64,000 nt of DNA, from the NCBI RefSeq assembly GCF_001949145.1, contig NW_019091358.1:3032535-3096534 (forward strand). Reading direction: 5' to 3'. Below, piece after piece: positions 1 through 15,100 of this stretch. Numbering within the stretch: position 1 is the first letter of the stretch; each line of letters begins with the position of its first letter. The notes beneath the pieces are model-generated. The model did not search any database. It was given only the letters and a program-made list of their open reading frames with translations, and was not told the DNA's origin. This stretch comes from Acanthaster planci (lineage: Eukaryota). The translations under genes and the position numbers were made by a program.

Positions 1-3000
1 ATCTCGTGTTATCCGCCCCAAGTTGAAGTGCGCCCTCACTGGCAAAGAAGAGACAGTCTGGTAGGAAGGTTTTCAGTGGGGAACGCCTGCACACCCTCAG
101 CACACATCCAAAGTCCATACATGCAAAACGAAAAAGACCTGAAACATAATGACGTAATGCAATGTTTACCACAGTGCATTGTGGGTGAAAGTGGGAATGG
201 AATCATAAGTCATGTGAGCCTTTGCGCAGCATTGGACGGAGCAAACTTGTGGTCTCGTGGAAGCTTGAAAAATGCAGCCCTGGTGTTTGTCATGTGTTTG
301 ATACACACAATGGCACACAACAGTTAACACAAACCATTTTGGAAAATATAGGCGAACTCAATCTCAGGATATTTCCAGGAATTTTCCATGCACAAGAGTG
401 GGCGTTATGTGTTGTGACTGTCATGCCCACCTTTCACCCATGATGCTCCACGGTAAACATTGCATTAAGTCATTATGTTTTAGGTCTATTGGTAACCATG
501 CTCAGCGTGTCTTGCGTCAGACGTGCATGAAGCTGTACACACACGCATTGATTACCAACCAAAGGATGGCCGTTGCTTTGTAAAAACATACCCTCTCTTA
601 TTCCCGCTCAGAGCAGATTGGTGGATGAATCCCATCTTAAAGAAGCAGGATCAGTATCCCACAGGACACACACTTATTCTGGTTCATTTTATGTTGTCGT
701 CAGAGTAAAACCACGTTCTGATATTCTAGGTTTCATAAGGGCCTACAACCTGCGTTCCATAACCATGCAGGAGACACTATATACTTGTGCAGTGGATGTT
801 GGGAGCATTGCCACAATTTCTTTGTATAATTAGAAGGAAAGTAACAATAGAATGGGAGAATTTGGGAAGCATACGTAGGGATGGGAAAGGTTTGATTGGA
901 CATTATCAACCCCAAGTGGTGCTGCTCGTGGCAGAAACATTTTGCCTGCAAGTCTACACTTCACCTCCATCATCTTTCACTGCTGACTTCAAATTAAATT
1001 TTAAAAGAAACTTGGCTTGGCTACGTAAATTTGTTTCCTTTTGAAACAGACCTCCTCCCATCCCTCTTTTTTTTGGGGGGGACAGGGTGTCTTTATGCAG
1101 TTTGATAATTACTGGGGTTAACATTGCCATCTTTATTCCCACATGGGCAAAAATAATTTTTCTTTTGGGAGGATATCTCACCATGTCCTGTGGATTCATC
1201 ACTAAGGCAACCACCCCGACCTGCACTTTAATGGCCCAGTGGTTTTGTAGCTGTTATCCATTGCTGACCATCAGCTGTTAACTGTCTTTACATCAGATCA
1301 ATTCTGATAGGAAATTGCGCCTGTGAATGCATTTGTTGTCACCACAAAACAAAAATCAGCTATCGGCCGTCGTCAAAACCACCCAATAACAAGGCAAACC
1401 AAACAGTGTACAAATCGGGGCTGTTCTGTGTAGATCTTGGGGCATGGAAGTAACAGATACATCCATGGGGGGGAAGGGAGGAATACACTCATTGATCAGA
1501 CTGTAACCACGTGTTAAGCTGTATTGATTACTGGGCTGTGCTAGCATTGATCTCCCAATACCCCGTTTGTGGTGGTCTATTGATCGTGGAATTTGGTTCC
1601 CAGATCAATGAGGACATTCACATGGCATGAGGCAGTGGGATGTTTCTGGGAATTGGACGAGGGTTGGACTTGTGTCTGAAGGTGTCATAGATCTGCAGTA
1701 TATAAGAATCATGTACCGCTGCAGCTTGACTGGAAAAAAAAGGAGGTGTTATAAAAATGTGTTTACTTAATTATGATAATGTGCAGTCAGATGTTTATTT
1801 AGGCATGTGAGCAAAAGGGAGCTGAGATTTATTGGTGTATGAAAAAAACATGTTTGAATGCCATGTTTGTGACCCAAATGTTCTAAATGGGATCTGGAAG
1901 TCACTGGAGCTTCTTTTGATTACAGACCCTTGAACATGTCTAAGAAGGAAAATCGATGAGACTTGTTAACAGTTTCATCACCAAAGGTCAACATTTATCA
2001 GGATGCCAAAGTTCACAGTATGAAGAGCATCATTTGTTCCAGAAAAAGGGAAAAGTGAAATAAAAAATCTTTTCACAGTTAATTTTCCTGCTTGTAAATG
2101 TCATTTACGTGGAAGGATTTTTTTCTGGTGAAATGATTCAGGATTATTCTATCACAAACACGTTTTTGCTAACTATATAGAGAGAAAGAAATTCTTTTTA
2201 ATGGAAATCTTAACCTTTTAGGTTTGCACAAAGATATGTCGAGGTGACATGTTTCATAACAGAAACCCTCTGTAAATGCTAAGATGTGTGGTATGTTTTT
2301 CCCAACAAGAGGACAATTTTAATGAGTTGTGTTGGGAAGTCACTTTGTTCATCAAGGGTACAGCCATAATAAAAACACACACGCACTCATTCAGCTACAA
2401 GAAACGGAAGCTCATGAAAAATTTGAGCCAAGCATGCACATGAGAAATGACCACAATACAACACACGTCAGCAACTATTTGATTCAAGTCCAATTACCAA
2501 TATGCCTGTAATGCCAATTTAATTAACATTCATCAAGAGAATCGACAAGCAGGATGGGCTTTTTTTTAAGCTGGGGCACAAATCCTTCCCCAATAATCGT
2601 GGGTGATGATGTAAATGCTATTAATAGTATTACTCGTCTTTAGCTCCAACATGAGCCTTGAGAGGCAGCAGGATAATTGCATAACAGCCTCCCCACAAGA
2701 CCCCAACAGTAATAGCATTAGGCCATCAGCTCCAATTAGGACGGCAGAGATGGCCACTCTTCGCTGCATCTCCATCCCCTTGCTTGTCCTCCGTGTATTT
2801 TTTTTAAGCCCCAATGTCGCCGTGGGAATCCTGTTTTTTTTTTTTTTTAATGATGCACTTCACTTACTGACATGAGTGAGTGCTGCCTTTCACCCCCCCA
2901 ATTTTAAGCTTTCTTTCCACTCCCCCACCCAAAGTAATAAGATGATGGGAAACCACAACAATAACTGCAGAGCTTATACACATAGTTCGATTCCCTTGGG

Positions 3001-6000
3001 GTGAACATGTCTATTTTAACTTGTTTTTCTGGTTTTGTAAGACCCTGTTTTGTAATGGATAAAAATGGGGAAAAAATTAACAAACAACCAGAAACAAAAC
3101 CCAATAAGAAAAACAGCCCCCCTCCCGCTAAAAAAAAATGCTGAAAGAAATATTGTTTCAATAACATTGTCTAGCTGTAAAGTATTACATGAAAAGGTAA
3201 ATAAATTAAAATAAATGAATGAATTTTGTGTGTTGGCGTTGAAAACCTTCAGTGATGACATGAGATTTGAATCGCAGTGAGGCAGAACTGGTTGGGGTTT
3301 TTTTCAGGGGGCATGAATGGAGTTGCAACCCAAGCCATTTCTGAAGACCCTTTTTTTTGGTGGAGCCTAGGTTCCTGGTCCTACCATTCCAAAAAGTAGC
3401 ATAATGGACACAAAATTTTGAGTCATATAGCGATGAATAAACTGCCTGTCTAGTCGTCGAAGGTGTGGATGGGGTCAAATGTCATGCCTCTGTAACAAAC
3501 CGAAAAACAGTCTTTTGTATTAAATGCCTGTCTAAAAGGTATATTAAAAGTGAAAAAACAAATTGGAATGGAAAATACATGTAGATGGGCCAAGAGAGAA
3601 GATAGCCAGTTGTTTTTTCTTTCAGTACTTTCAAGGATGTTGTAAGTAGGCCACCTGAGTCCATGAAACAATCATTCAGAGGTGTTGGAACAGCACAGTA
3701 GGTATCCCCCTCTTCCTTCTAGATGCATAATTGAGGCAGTCTGATAAGTATTGTGCAGCAAGGTCATATCAATCTATTCAGGTCAAGCATTGAAGCATTT
3801 AAACTCACACACCTTGTCTGATTACAGCAAGGTAGAATGGGTGTTGTGCAGGGGTCATTGATAATCAGAAGGACACTGTCACCTTCGCTTTTGTGTGCAG
3901 AAAACAGAATTTCGTTTCCATCTGGCCGGTTTCCATTCCACCCTAAAAGAAGGGGGAAAATACCTCCCTCCAAACGAAGTGGATATTTATAGTAATGCTC
4001 CACATGAGGGTGCATGTAGGTTGCAAGGCTGATGTGTAGTGGATAATTTATGTGTGGTGGGTCAGGCCAGTTCTACAAGCAGTCAATAATTACGCATCCA
4101 GGCAAATTAATCTGTGGCCATCATCCCTCTGCCTAGCTCCCTTTGTAATTAAGGAGATTGGGGGGGGGCAGGTGAGTGTGTATAGGCCGTTGCAGCCACA
4201 TCATCAGATCTTCTTCATAAATAATGCATGAGTTGCCCGCCATAAGGTGCACAAGACAGTGGGAAGCTTGCCTGGGCGCATATACATGTGCAATGCTGTG
4301 GTGGGGTTATTGCATCAGTCATTTCGTGTACATGCACATGTCCTGTACAAAATGCACACTGACCTAACATGCACAGAACTGTACCTGTAAGGTTGACACC
4401 CACAAAATCAGCTGCAGCCAATCAGAGTAGAGGAAGGACATGGGCAGTGGTTTGCCAAGGCTTTTGTGAAACAGTGGGCTGGAATTACCAGCTGCAGCAC
4501 ACTCAGCTCACTAATACTGAGCCTGCTGCTGTTGTTTTTTTTTATTATATTTCCAATGGCAACTCATACTTTGGGGGGGGGGGAAGGTAAGTGCAGTCTC
4601 CAGATCCTGGCTTTGTGTAGATATGGATGAATGGCATTTGGAAGGATGAGTCACAAAGCATTTCATACAAGTTGCAATTCTATCCCCCTGAAGGAATTCA
4701 AGTAACATTGTTACAACGACTATGGAAGGGCTTTCCGGGCTCAGAGAACGGGCATAAAAACAACATGCACAAAACCTGTGCTGTTTTTCACATATTTTAT
4801 TCCATAAAGTAGAAATAGACTGAAAGTAAATATTAACTGGAAAAAAAAATTGGAAATCAGGGTCCAAGTAAAAGAACATTTTTTAAATCGGTTCACTCCT
4901 TCATTTTGACAAGAAAGGGGAAGCAAATTCCACTATATTAGCAAATACTACCTAAATTATTATAAAACATTAAAATGTTAATCAATTTAGATCAGAACAA
5001 TTCCGAATTTTTGTCTTTTAAAATTTTTTTGGGGGGGTTCCTTCTTGCTTTGTTTTTTTTGATCTGGATCATGTAGGAAGAACTGTTAACAACTGGCTAA
5101 ACGGACCCAAAGGCGGGAATATCTGAATCAACATTGAAATAACACATTTGATGTCAGGCCTCAAATGATCGCACATCTGGACGTGACTTCCCAGCCCCAT
5201 GCCGAGTTGCTGCTGCATTCGTCACCATGCTATCTTCTATGTCCTTGGCATTTGTGGTGCAAGACCACACCAGCAGTAATTTACAGCCTCATTTTCTCCG
5301 CCCAGTTTCCAGTCCTGTAAAGCAGTAAGCATGGCCTGTATTTATTTTTTTTAACCATCGATAAGGACAGATCAGCATTGATCTTCCCTGTAAGCATGAA
5401 GTGATCACGTGGGCTTTGACTAATAGTAACTATCAAGGCCCCAATGTGGAATAATTGCACCAAATGTGTTTTTTAACCCAAAGGTTAATTTCATTTCCTG
5501 TAAATAGGTTTCAATTTTTTTTTTTCATTCACAGGTGTGGTGCATACAACTGCTGTTAAATTTGTTTGAATTCGTATTAAGGCAAATTGCAAATACAAGT
5601 CAGTATACTTATCCGTTTTCCATTTACTTTTTTGTCATTTATTTTCTCTTCAAGTTGACTGTTGTCACAATGTCTGAAATAGATAAATGCTGGTATACTG
5701 CCTGTAAAGGTACATATCTAAAGCTGACAATTTCTACCTGCTTCAGAAAATTGTGCTGAAATTAAATTCTGTTCAACCTCTGTTTATAGAGTTGTAGTGC
5801 GCACTTGGGCTGTCGCACTTTCTTGGGTTATTCCAAACCAAGCACTCTTGCAATCTTGCCATTGCATCAATTCACCTTTTTGTCTAGCCCCATTGACATG
5901 CTCTGAAGTGATAACCAAACAAGAACCCGAAAAAAGCAGGCAGGGGAAGGAGGCAGTGTGCATGGAAGAAGGTAAAGTCAATTTCAATCTAAAAGGACTG

Positions 6001-9000
6001 CCTTACTCAGCAAACAATTACACGGTTCGGTAAACATGGGCAGTAGGATCATGATGGTAACCTTACTACCATGAGGCCTGCTCACTCTCTCACGTCAATC
6101 CCCCCCCTCCATAATTACGATTCATAGACCATGATGAAAATGGCTGTCCAGAGCGTTTGAATTATGGCCCTGTCTTAAATGTCAGACACATCTCTCCTTG
6201 TCTCTACGCTCCCTTGTCATTCCATCCCTCCCCCCCCCCATCGCTGACCTAACAGCCAACCTGGGACATTACTAAAAATTACAAGGCTTTTCATAGTCTA
6301 TGTACTCGGCGTTAATGCATAGCAAATTGATATATTGGCTCGTTACTGAAGGCAGGGCCTGTCCCGCACTGCCTTTTATAATATGAAGCCGGGGATGCAA
6401 ACGGTTGTCCATGGCAACGGTATTATGTCGACAGCAGGCGAGGTATCTGAGCAGGCGAAGATTGTCTGCTTAAGGAGCAATATTTATGCAAATAGCACAG
6501 GCGCACACGCGTAGTGTTGACTTCAAGGGGAAGAAGCCACACCAATTATGCCATTCTGTCAACGGATTGAAAAGATCGGGCTTAATGAAGCTTGCCTAAT
6601 GAGCACAGAGGAAGTACATCTTGTTATTTGACGAATTACGTCAGGGAGTAGAATTGGAAATGTTTTTCCTTTTTTTTCTCTTTCTTTTTTGGGGGCCTTT
6701 ATGAGGGCTGGTCAAATCATGTCTTTAGTGAGATCAAAGTCTTGTTACGGAAATGTACAAAACTGACTGAAAGCTTTCAAGAAAATTATTTTGATTTTGA
6801 ACAAATGGAGAGAAAACAAATGGATGAATGATACCCAGAGCCATTAGTATGGCAACCGGACATCATTCAGTAATGAGGTTAAAGTGTTTTAAAGCAAAGT
6901 GACCTCCTTTGAAATATAGAAACAAATAGAAACTCCAATTTTGTGAGTATTTTTTCATCGATAAGGCATGTGATGTGTTTGTAAACTTGTTGGAACTTTC
7001 CATTTTAAATGTGTGATCGCCATGGTGGATGGTTTATTTTCAGGAAACAGGAAATTTTCAGGAAGTTCAATAGCAGTAGAAGGTTGAAGATGCTTTATTA
7101 TTGTACACATCCAATCTTCACATCAGCTCTTACCATTGAACTTTTGAAGAGAATCACGCTTTTTGTCATTGTACTGGCAATGCTTGATGCATTTCTTTTT
7201 GGTCGTTTAGAATGCGTGAGTATGTACAACATCATGTTTCACACACCTTCTGGTGTTGGGGATTATCTGTCAACATTGGAGATTAACTTGCGCAAAAGTT
7301 TGTCCCCACAAAGACAACATTTTTGCAGTCTCATGTCGGCCATGTTACGTCCCAAAACAATGGTGTAGTGAGGGGGCTGAGGGGTTTTGCCCTCTGCAAG
7401 AGAAAGAAAAGGAAGAACACAAGATTAGGTTCCAGACATATTTTACTCTTGATGCAAATGTACCTCTAACCGTACCAACTGCTTGAAAGGGACCCAAAAG
7501 GCAGCTGTGTTCATAATCATGTATATATGTGTATATGTATGCATAAATAGCATCCCCAAGTATTAAATGTTATGTCCTTCAACTTTCCCTCTTCTGTTTT
7601 TAAACAGCTGGTGACTTCCCCCCCCCCCCCAAAAAAACACAGGGTTAACTGCCCACCTGCCTGCCCTCACCCTCAAAAAATTTCTTACCACTCTTCTGCA
7701 ATATAAAAAAGTCATCAGATTCCTTTGCCTGGTATGTTGTCTGCATTGTACCATTACCAAGAAGACCGTAATTGGTATGCAGGACGGACGGCCACTGATC
7801 TTGTCATCTCTTCACCGAACGAGTTCCGGGGAAGCTGTTTTGAGGAATCAGGAACAGCACCAGGCCAACACGATTGTGACACTGTCTCGCTGTGGTTTCA
7901 CAGTTGGGTGTATGATTCAGTCGCGTACATCTCCACGAATTCTACCCCTTGACATGTCGCTGTGTGTGTCTACAGTAATCAAATTTATCGCAGCCCTCCT
8001 TTGTGAAATGTATACTAATTGGATCAGAGTTTGTGGACCTATTGCATGAGAATGTGAATTTTGAGTGATTGTATTTTATAGCAATTAAATTTTGGATATC
8101 CTCTAAATGTGCACGTACTGCATGAAAATTTGTGACAATATTATGCAGATGCCTGAAAACATGATACAAATGAGCGTTCAGCTACATCCTGTTATTATCA
8201 TCTGGCTTAGGCCAGGCCTGCATGCTTCAATTACATTATGCATTTATCACACCCCCACAAATTTGGAACTCCAGCCGTGAATACCCAGCCGCATATCAAA
8301 TGTCCACCCCTGATCCAGATTACGCTCTGCGAGTAAACCAGCCGCCGTTGCCTGAATCAATCGCGACTCGCTCGGCCCAGAGCAAACACCAACTCTAGAA
8401 AGGCCGTTAACGACAGGCTACAGCATGGCTCTATTCACTGCTAACTCTTCTCCCCCCCACCGCCAACCCCCTCCCCCCATGCTATGTCCCAAACTAACAA
8501 TGTATGGAAGGTCACGTATGCCAACCTGTCCCCCCCCCTCCGGGCACCACCGGGCTGCGCACTGCGTAACACAAGCAGCTGTCTTGGACAAACACAACGA
8601 AATAAGGTCGCTCCGTGGAGAGAGTGAGACAGACACACATTCAACGGAGACACACAGAAAAAGAAGGGGGTGAGGGAGCAGATAGCGGGGAGCGAAAACA
8701 AACCCCATACCTGCCTGCAAGCCTACCTTGTGTATATAGAAATCACCGGGAGCTGTAATGTAATAGTGTCACCCCAAGTGTTACAGTTTTTGATTGCTTT
8801 TCGCAGGACTGATCTGCACTGACCCAGATAGATAATAGCCAGGCCATAGTGTTTTTCTGCCCTGACTGTTTTTTTTTTTTTTTCCTTCTTCTTCTTCTTT
8901 ATTTTTTCTTTGTTTCCTTTTTTCTGTTTTTTTTTTCGTCCTCTCTCATTTTGCCTGGTCCCCTTGCTCTTTCTACTGGCATTCATGAATTTTCATTGTC

Positions 9001-9729
9001 AGGCCAGTGTGGAGGTTGGGTGGTGTACACTGCCCCTGGCCAATCTGTTAAAAATTTGTGGGCCACACGGCTTTCCATATTTTAGCATGATATCAAGGAT
9101 TGGATTTTTTTGTTGCATGTTTGTCTACCATTGGGGTCTTTTTTATTTCAAATTCCGACCAATGTACTAATTTTGTCAGTTGCTGGTAATTCCAACTGTT
9201 TTCAAGGATAACATCTGCAACTACATGTAAATGATAGAAAATGTATGCACTTTCCCTGATATCAAAATTAAGTTTTAAAATGCCTTCCACTCAATTGAAT
9301 TTCCCTCTATTTTTTATTTTTTTTGAGAGCAACGACGTGCATATAGAGTTATCAAATCAGTGAAGGAAGCTAAATGTGCCTAGTTTGGAACATGTGAACC
9401 TTTGGGTCAACGCACAATTTCCTTTCTCATTACGGAGTCATGAACGTGGGCACTGGACCCCTAGGTGTGGTATACATGCGCATGCGGTTAACATTGAATT
9501 GCCTGCCTGGGCTTGTGTACAGTGTCTGTATGCAAGCAGCAGAGAGCCACCAAACTGGGTCCTGATCTCAAAACAGATGTTGATCTAGAATGGAAACGAT
9601 TGCCTGGATATGTGGGGGGGTTAACGGTGTTTCAGTTGGAATTTTCTCGGCCTGACTCAGTTTACAGCAGAGTTCACTAGTCTGTGAAGGTTCATCGTGT
9701 GCTAAGTCAAGTCCCAGGCTCTTCAAATG

Positions 9730-10028
9730 AATAAGCCCTTTTCAAGCTAAATTTTAATAGAATCTGGTACACCAAATTCTTTAACTTCACCTAAACATAC
9801 CTTGAATTTTCTCTGCTAGACACACTGTTGCTACCTCGTGATTCACCTTGCTCCAATACACTATTTTCAGTGGGTAAGAAGGGTACAAAGGAACCAGTCC
9901 ATTCCAGAGATGGTGGTCGCTATGCAAAAGTTTTCCTCGAATCAGGAGGTATAGCAACAGTGTTTATGTGCAATGTGATAGGTAAGTGTACCATATTTTA
10001 TTCAAATGTAACTCGCGAAAGGGTCATT
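9730..10028. mobile_element. MITE-like non-autonomous DNA transposon, family A copy 1
   Basis: imperfect ~42-bp terminal inverted repeats (aataagcccttttcaagctaaattttaatagaatctggtaca ... tgtaccatattttattcaaatgtaactcgcgaaagggtcatt); internal sequence shared with 16298..16704 (e.g. acaaaggaaccagt.cattccagagatgg). Confidence 0.75.
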
Positions 10029-11914
10029 GCAACAATTTCCTTTTCGTTCGTCATCATCTGCCTCCGGTGACCTGACCTGTTATCGGCATACGATTGGATG
10101 AATTATGGCTGTGCAGTTTAGGACATTTTGTAAATAATTATCATTAATTTATTTTGGGGAGGCAGTGCCTTTGAAGAGTAATTTTTCGAGTTTTTCACTA
10201 CTGCACCACTTGCCTACTGCATAATCTCCCTTTAAATGTACTTTTTAAGGTTTCTGTTAATCCATGCAGCAAACTGTTTTATTCATGCATGCCAGCATGT
10301 CCTGGAGGAAGTAACAGCACACAGCCTGCTGATGGCAATGGGGAGGGGAGAATATTGCTGTATGGTTAATTATTATCCTACGCTTACAAAACTTTCTGCA
10401 CCATGAATCGCATAGCATTCAAAGTCAAATTCATTACAGACACCTGCGGTCATTGCATGTTAAGTCATGCACCGCTGCCTTCTTATCAAGCTTGCAAAAT
10501 GTAAATGGTGGAGGGGATGGCATTGAGTTGAAAGCAGTGCAGAGATTGGGGGACTGTGCTCGCTGTTGATGTTACGTGATGCAGAATTAGTGAGATTCCT
10601 AACTGCCATATTTGTTAGTCTGGTGGGGGGATGAAACGTGATTTGGAGATGTTTTTGATTGATTATACTCTCCGACTTCTTTGCAAACTTGACTGATGGA
10701 CCTTGGCCGGTGGTCTTGCATTTTTTACACATGCACTCATTAAGGCTTTATTTATTTATTTAGTTAGTTATTTATTTGTTAACCACATCCAACAGCATAA
10801 AAACACCAGGTACAGAAATGGGATAACATCAAATAAATAGAATTGATATATAAATATATGTACAGAATAATAATTAATGAAAAAGACAAATTAAAATTTT
10901 AAACTAAAAACATGTAACTAGACAGTTTAAACAGCAGATATACAAGTAGGCACTGGCCACATAACGTGGAAAAGAAAATTCATGTACAGTGTACATGAAG
11001 GCAATACATGTATGCTCTTGGAAAGAGCTGTCATCTGTGAAAAGAAGACAAAAACCACCTCACACACACATGTAAGTGTGTATTTGCCTGCAACTGGGGA
11101 CCCCCTATTGTTCCTCTTTTGTTTGTACTGTAACGTTTTAGAAGACCACCTATATGTTTTGTACACAGTTGTCAATCGGGGACCTTATTGTCCTCTATTG
11201 TTCAGGGTCCCCAATTGAATGCAGAAACGAACTCCCACACACCCAAGGATAAACATCTGTACTGAATTGAGGTGTCTGCAAAAGAGGACTGTTTAAATAA
11301 TTTTTTTAATGAAGCAGCAAACTTCTCTGATATTCGACTACTGGTAGTAGAGAGAGCCCGGGGACACTTGCGTGCAAAAAGAATATTAAGGAAGGTGCAC
11401 AGAGCACATGACACTTTCCACGGAGCCCATTGTAGGTGGAAGAAATCTGTGATACCAATCCACGCTTCATCACCTCAGTGCGTCTCCGTGGAACACGGAG
11501 GATGTAATCAGCTGCATGCCTTGTCTGTATGGGAGAGATGTGTAAGCCATATGGGTTGGAATCTGTAGTACTGATTTGGGATTGTTGTCCTATTTGTGGT
11601 AATTCATGGAGCCTCGGAAGAAGAGTGGCACGTCATCCTGTTGAATGCATTTCAGAGTTTCAGTTACAGGATGTCATTTATGTAGGAATGCCTCCCTGGC
11701 ATGCTGGCAAGGACATGACGCCATCAAGCCAGGTGTTGGGTCGCCACATGAACCTGCACGGAAGAGCAATTAGGCAAAACTCAGCATCCCGTGACTTGGC
11801 AATAATACGGAGCTTGATCGGTTCTTTGTACAGAATTCAAAAGGGCAGAAATTGACAAGTGTTGTACTGCTCATAATCTTACTTGGAGCACTTTAATTGG
11901 ACTCATACTTGTCC

Positions 11915-12165
11915 TTATGGAAATGTACTCAACTACAACATTTGATTTTTAGCACTCGTAGCCAAGATCTTTTTTCTGTACTCGTACACACTGAAATGAG
12001 CTTGACTACAACCACAGTGTTGGCAGACTTGCGCAGGTAGCTGAGTTCCTTTCTCTGTACTCACGCTCAGAAATACACCCAACTACAACTTCTGTGTTGG
12101 ACTATTTGTAGCCGAGTTTTTTATTTGTACTTACCCTCACTGAAAACACTCATCAACAACTATAG
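11915..12165. repeat. Degenerate ~75-bp tandem repeat, ~3 copies
   Basis: actacaac recurs at 11932, 12005, 12082, each followed by gtagc..ag...ttt.tgtact...gaaa. Confidence 0.75.
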
Positions 12166-15100
12166 TTTTGTTTTACTTTCACTTACAGAGTAAAATACTT
12201 TTTTTCTGTACACAGACTTCTTTTGAATATGCCTGACTATCACCCAAGAATTGAAAAAATAAAAACAGTATGTTTTTGTGTACATGTTTGCATTTACATG
12301 TACTTGACTGTAACAATGTGTGTACTTCCACTTGTAGGTCATGCATTAAATGAATTGAAACTCTCCCCGTTAACATTGTGGGAAATTTGAGTGCTTTTTC
12401 CACTGTGCCATCACACTCAGTTCCTTTCCTGTCTATGTGCCACAGCTTTGTGCATACTTTGTGGAAACTTAATGATGCACCCTTCCACCTGGTTTTCACA
12501 AGTACACTCACAAATATGAATCAAATGTAAATCAGGGATGGTCACACCCCTTCCTCCCCCCCCCCCACGATGGTCCTGCGTACACAACCTGTTGGATACA
12601 GGCAACTTGAACTTTAAATATGGCTGTGCTGAGCAGGTACTGGTAGTGCATTGTTACCTGCCGTTTTTGCACGGGGAGCTCACAAATCACAAGTGGCTTT
12701 TTGTACCCGGAGTCCCATCAGTGGAGAGTGTCACAGTATCCCTTTAATTCGGCTATTAGTCTGTGTGGCTGAGCATCCATTGCCACATTGTGTACCACTA
12801 CTGCCCCCGGGTTCGATATGAAATTAGATTTCATCTTGTCCATCGATTGGCAGTCTGCTGGAAGAAGTCCTGGTGCATATGTAGGTTTTGGCTTCGAGGG
12901 ACAGTAGCGCACGCCAACAGCAGCCTTTCGTAACAGTATTGAGCTGGCTGTTGCAGACTTTTACACATGTGTTTGTTTATCTGTTGGGGTGCAGAATGCA
13001 TTAAAGGGGCATATCATATGAGAAGCGATTGTCACCCCCAGAGTTATCACCCACTGCTAAACTTAAGGGAAAATTTTGTGATGTCATTTGTTATTTTGTT
13101 CAATATTTGGGTTTATCTCTTCATTTGTAATTGTGAAACAAATGCAACACGTCACAAGAAATCTGAAGATATGTAATTGATGGAGGGGGCTCTGTCAGCC
13201 TGACGGAGGAAGCTCTGTCAGCACACATGCTCCACTTTTCCAACCCTCCCCCCAAGTCCCACCCCCATAATGGATTTAAATTGTGAGTTTTTCTCCTTCT
13301 TGCCTTCTTTTTTGTGTTTGCGAAATGAAAAGAAAAGCCTGTACACCTAACAGTGCCTGCGGTTGTCCAGAAAGCCATGGACAATTTTAAAATGTGTGTC
13401 AATTTTTTTTTCCTTACATTTAAAGCAAAAGGGATGTCATGTAGTTTCTATACACTGAAGGGGACTACCGAGTTGCACAAAAAGTGTGGCCAATAAAGGT
13501 CGGTCGTATGGACCTAGTAATCAAGTTTTGACATCCAGTTAATTCAAGCTGGTTCCGTCAATTCGCACAAGCCCTGTCTGAAAATCTGAAATGAAGAGGT
13601 TCAACCTGAACAGGAGTAATCAGTCAAATGCACTCTTTGTCTCTGCAAAGTCAAGAAAATGCCAACAACTTGAGAAGACATGACCAGACTTTTATCAAAT
13701 ATTAGGGAAGAAAGTGGGTTGTTCCATGGTTGTTCTCAGTGTAATTTCATTAGACAAACAACCCAAAGCGGCCAGCTCCAAACAATGTGAGGCCTGACTC
13801 AGTTTCCTCCATTGTCACATCTTTGATTCTTTCCCCCCCAAGAGCATGGATGAAGCAGCCCGCCCTTATTTGCTTGTTTTCTCTCCAAACAGGGCCGTGC
13901 ATTTTACCCAGATGACGAGATCTCCATCAACCAGGTAATTAGCTGGTATGTGGGGCTCCTTGGATGGAGTACTGGAGGCACTATTTGTAAATTATTGAAT
14001 AGCTTTCGGTTGGAGGAACATTTGTCACTATCATCTCTTGGACAGAGAGAGAAACTTTCGTCTCTTTTGTCTGAGTTGGAGATAGGAGGCGTGCTGACAA
14101 ACAAGACATCTCTTGCTGGTTATATGTTTTCCTCAAAAAATGACCCTAGCCAACAGGAGGCCCAGGGTTCAAGTTTCCTCCAATGATTAACACGTGATTT
14201 TTTTCACAAGCTTTCAAACCACTCCGAGTGTACACATCGACAGAGAAAAAAACCACACACATGACAAAAAAATGAACACAGCCTTACTCAAAGTAGAACT
14301 TTATACAAATAGTTTCCCCCACCTGTTTGTTTTGTTTTGAAATAGTTTCCCAGTGTGTCAAACGTAGACATTGAACTCGTTGGATGTATTCATCACTTTG
14401 GTTGTATTGGGCCAAAAATATAAAATGTATTCACTGAGGCTTAGGACAATACATCTACAAGAGATTGCTTCCCTGCTACATTTTCCAGCTCGTCAGAAGT
14501 CAAATACTATCCCAGTGAACAGTTCACATGCAGACTCAAGTTTCAGCAAAGCACTCTCCTTTTTCTTCTCAAATCTTAAAAACATGTTCAATTGCCTATT
14601 ATTTTCCCCTGTAACACGTTGATTTTTTTTTACCCTACCCAAAAAAGTATTGCAAATTTTCTCTTCCCCCAATTCTCATGTGTGAACTAGACACCGAAAT
14701 TTCTGTACGCCCTTGAAAATCCACCCGTAATGGAGGGAGCACTTCCTGAGTTGTACATGTAAATTGTGCACCGATTTCAAGATCTTACAGTTTGTGTACC
14801 TAACAAACCAAAGCAAAGCATACCAGAGAGACAAGATCTTATCCCCCCTTAAATCCGGCATTATATGCCATTCCCCTCTCTCCTGCCCAGAAAGGCTTGT
14901 TGACTTGTCTAATGCTTCCAGAATACACACACAGCACAGCATTGCCGCTAGCTGGAGTTTTTTTTCATAGACTTGGACTGTCTAACTGGATCACTGGGTT
15001 AGGTACACAGTGCCATCTATATGGGGACAAATAACAGACCGATCCTGAATCAATACAGGCTCTGAATTGCGTAGTGGATAACAGCGGAGTGTGTGTACTC

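Noticed and set aside
10745..11330. Possible decayed LINE 3' end on the minus strand ((TTTA)n tract)
   Set aside because: No recognisable reverse-transcriptase motifs; cannot be supported without a repeat-library search.
11915..12165. CRISPR-like repeat/spacer pattern
   Set aside because: Whole units are similar and degenerate, with no unique spacers and no cas genes; eukaryotic context.
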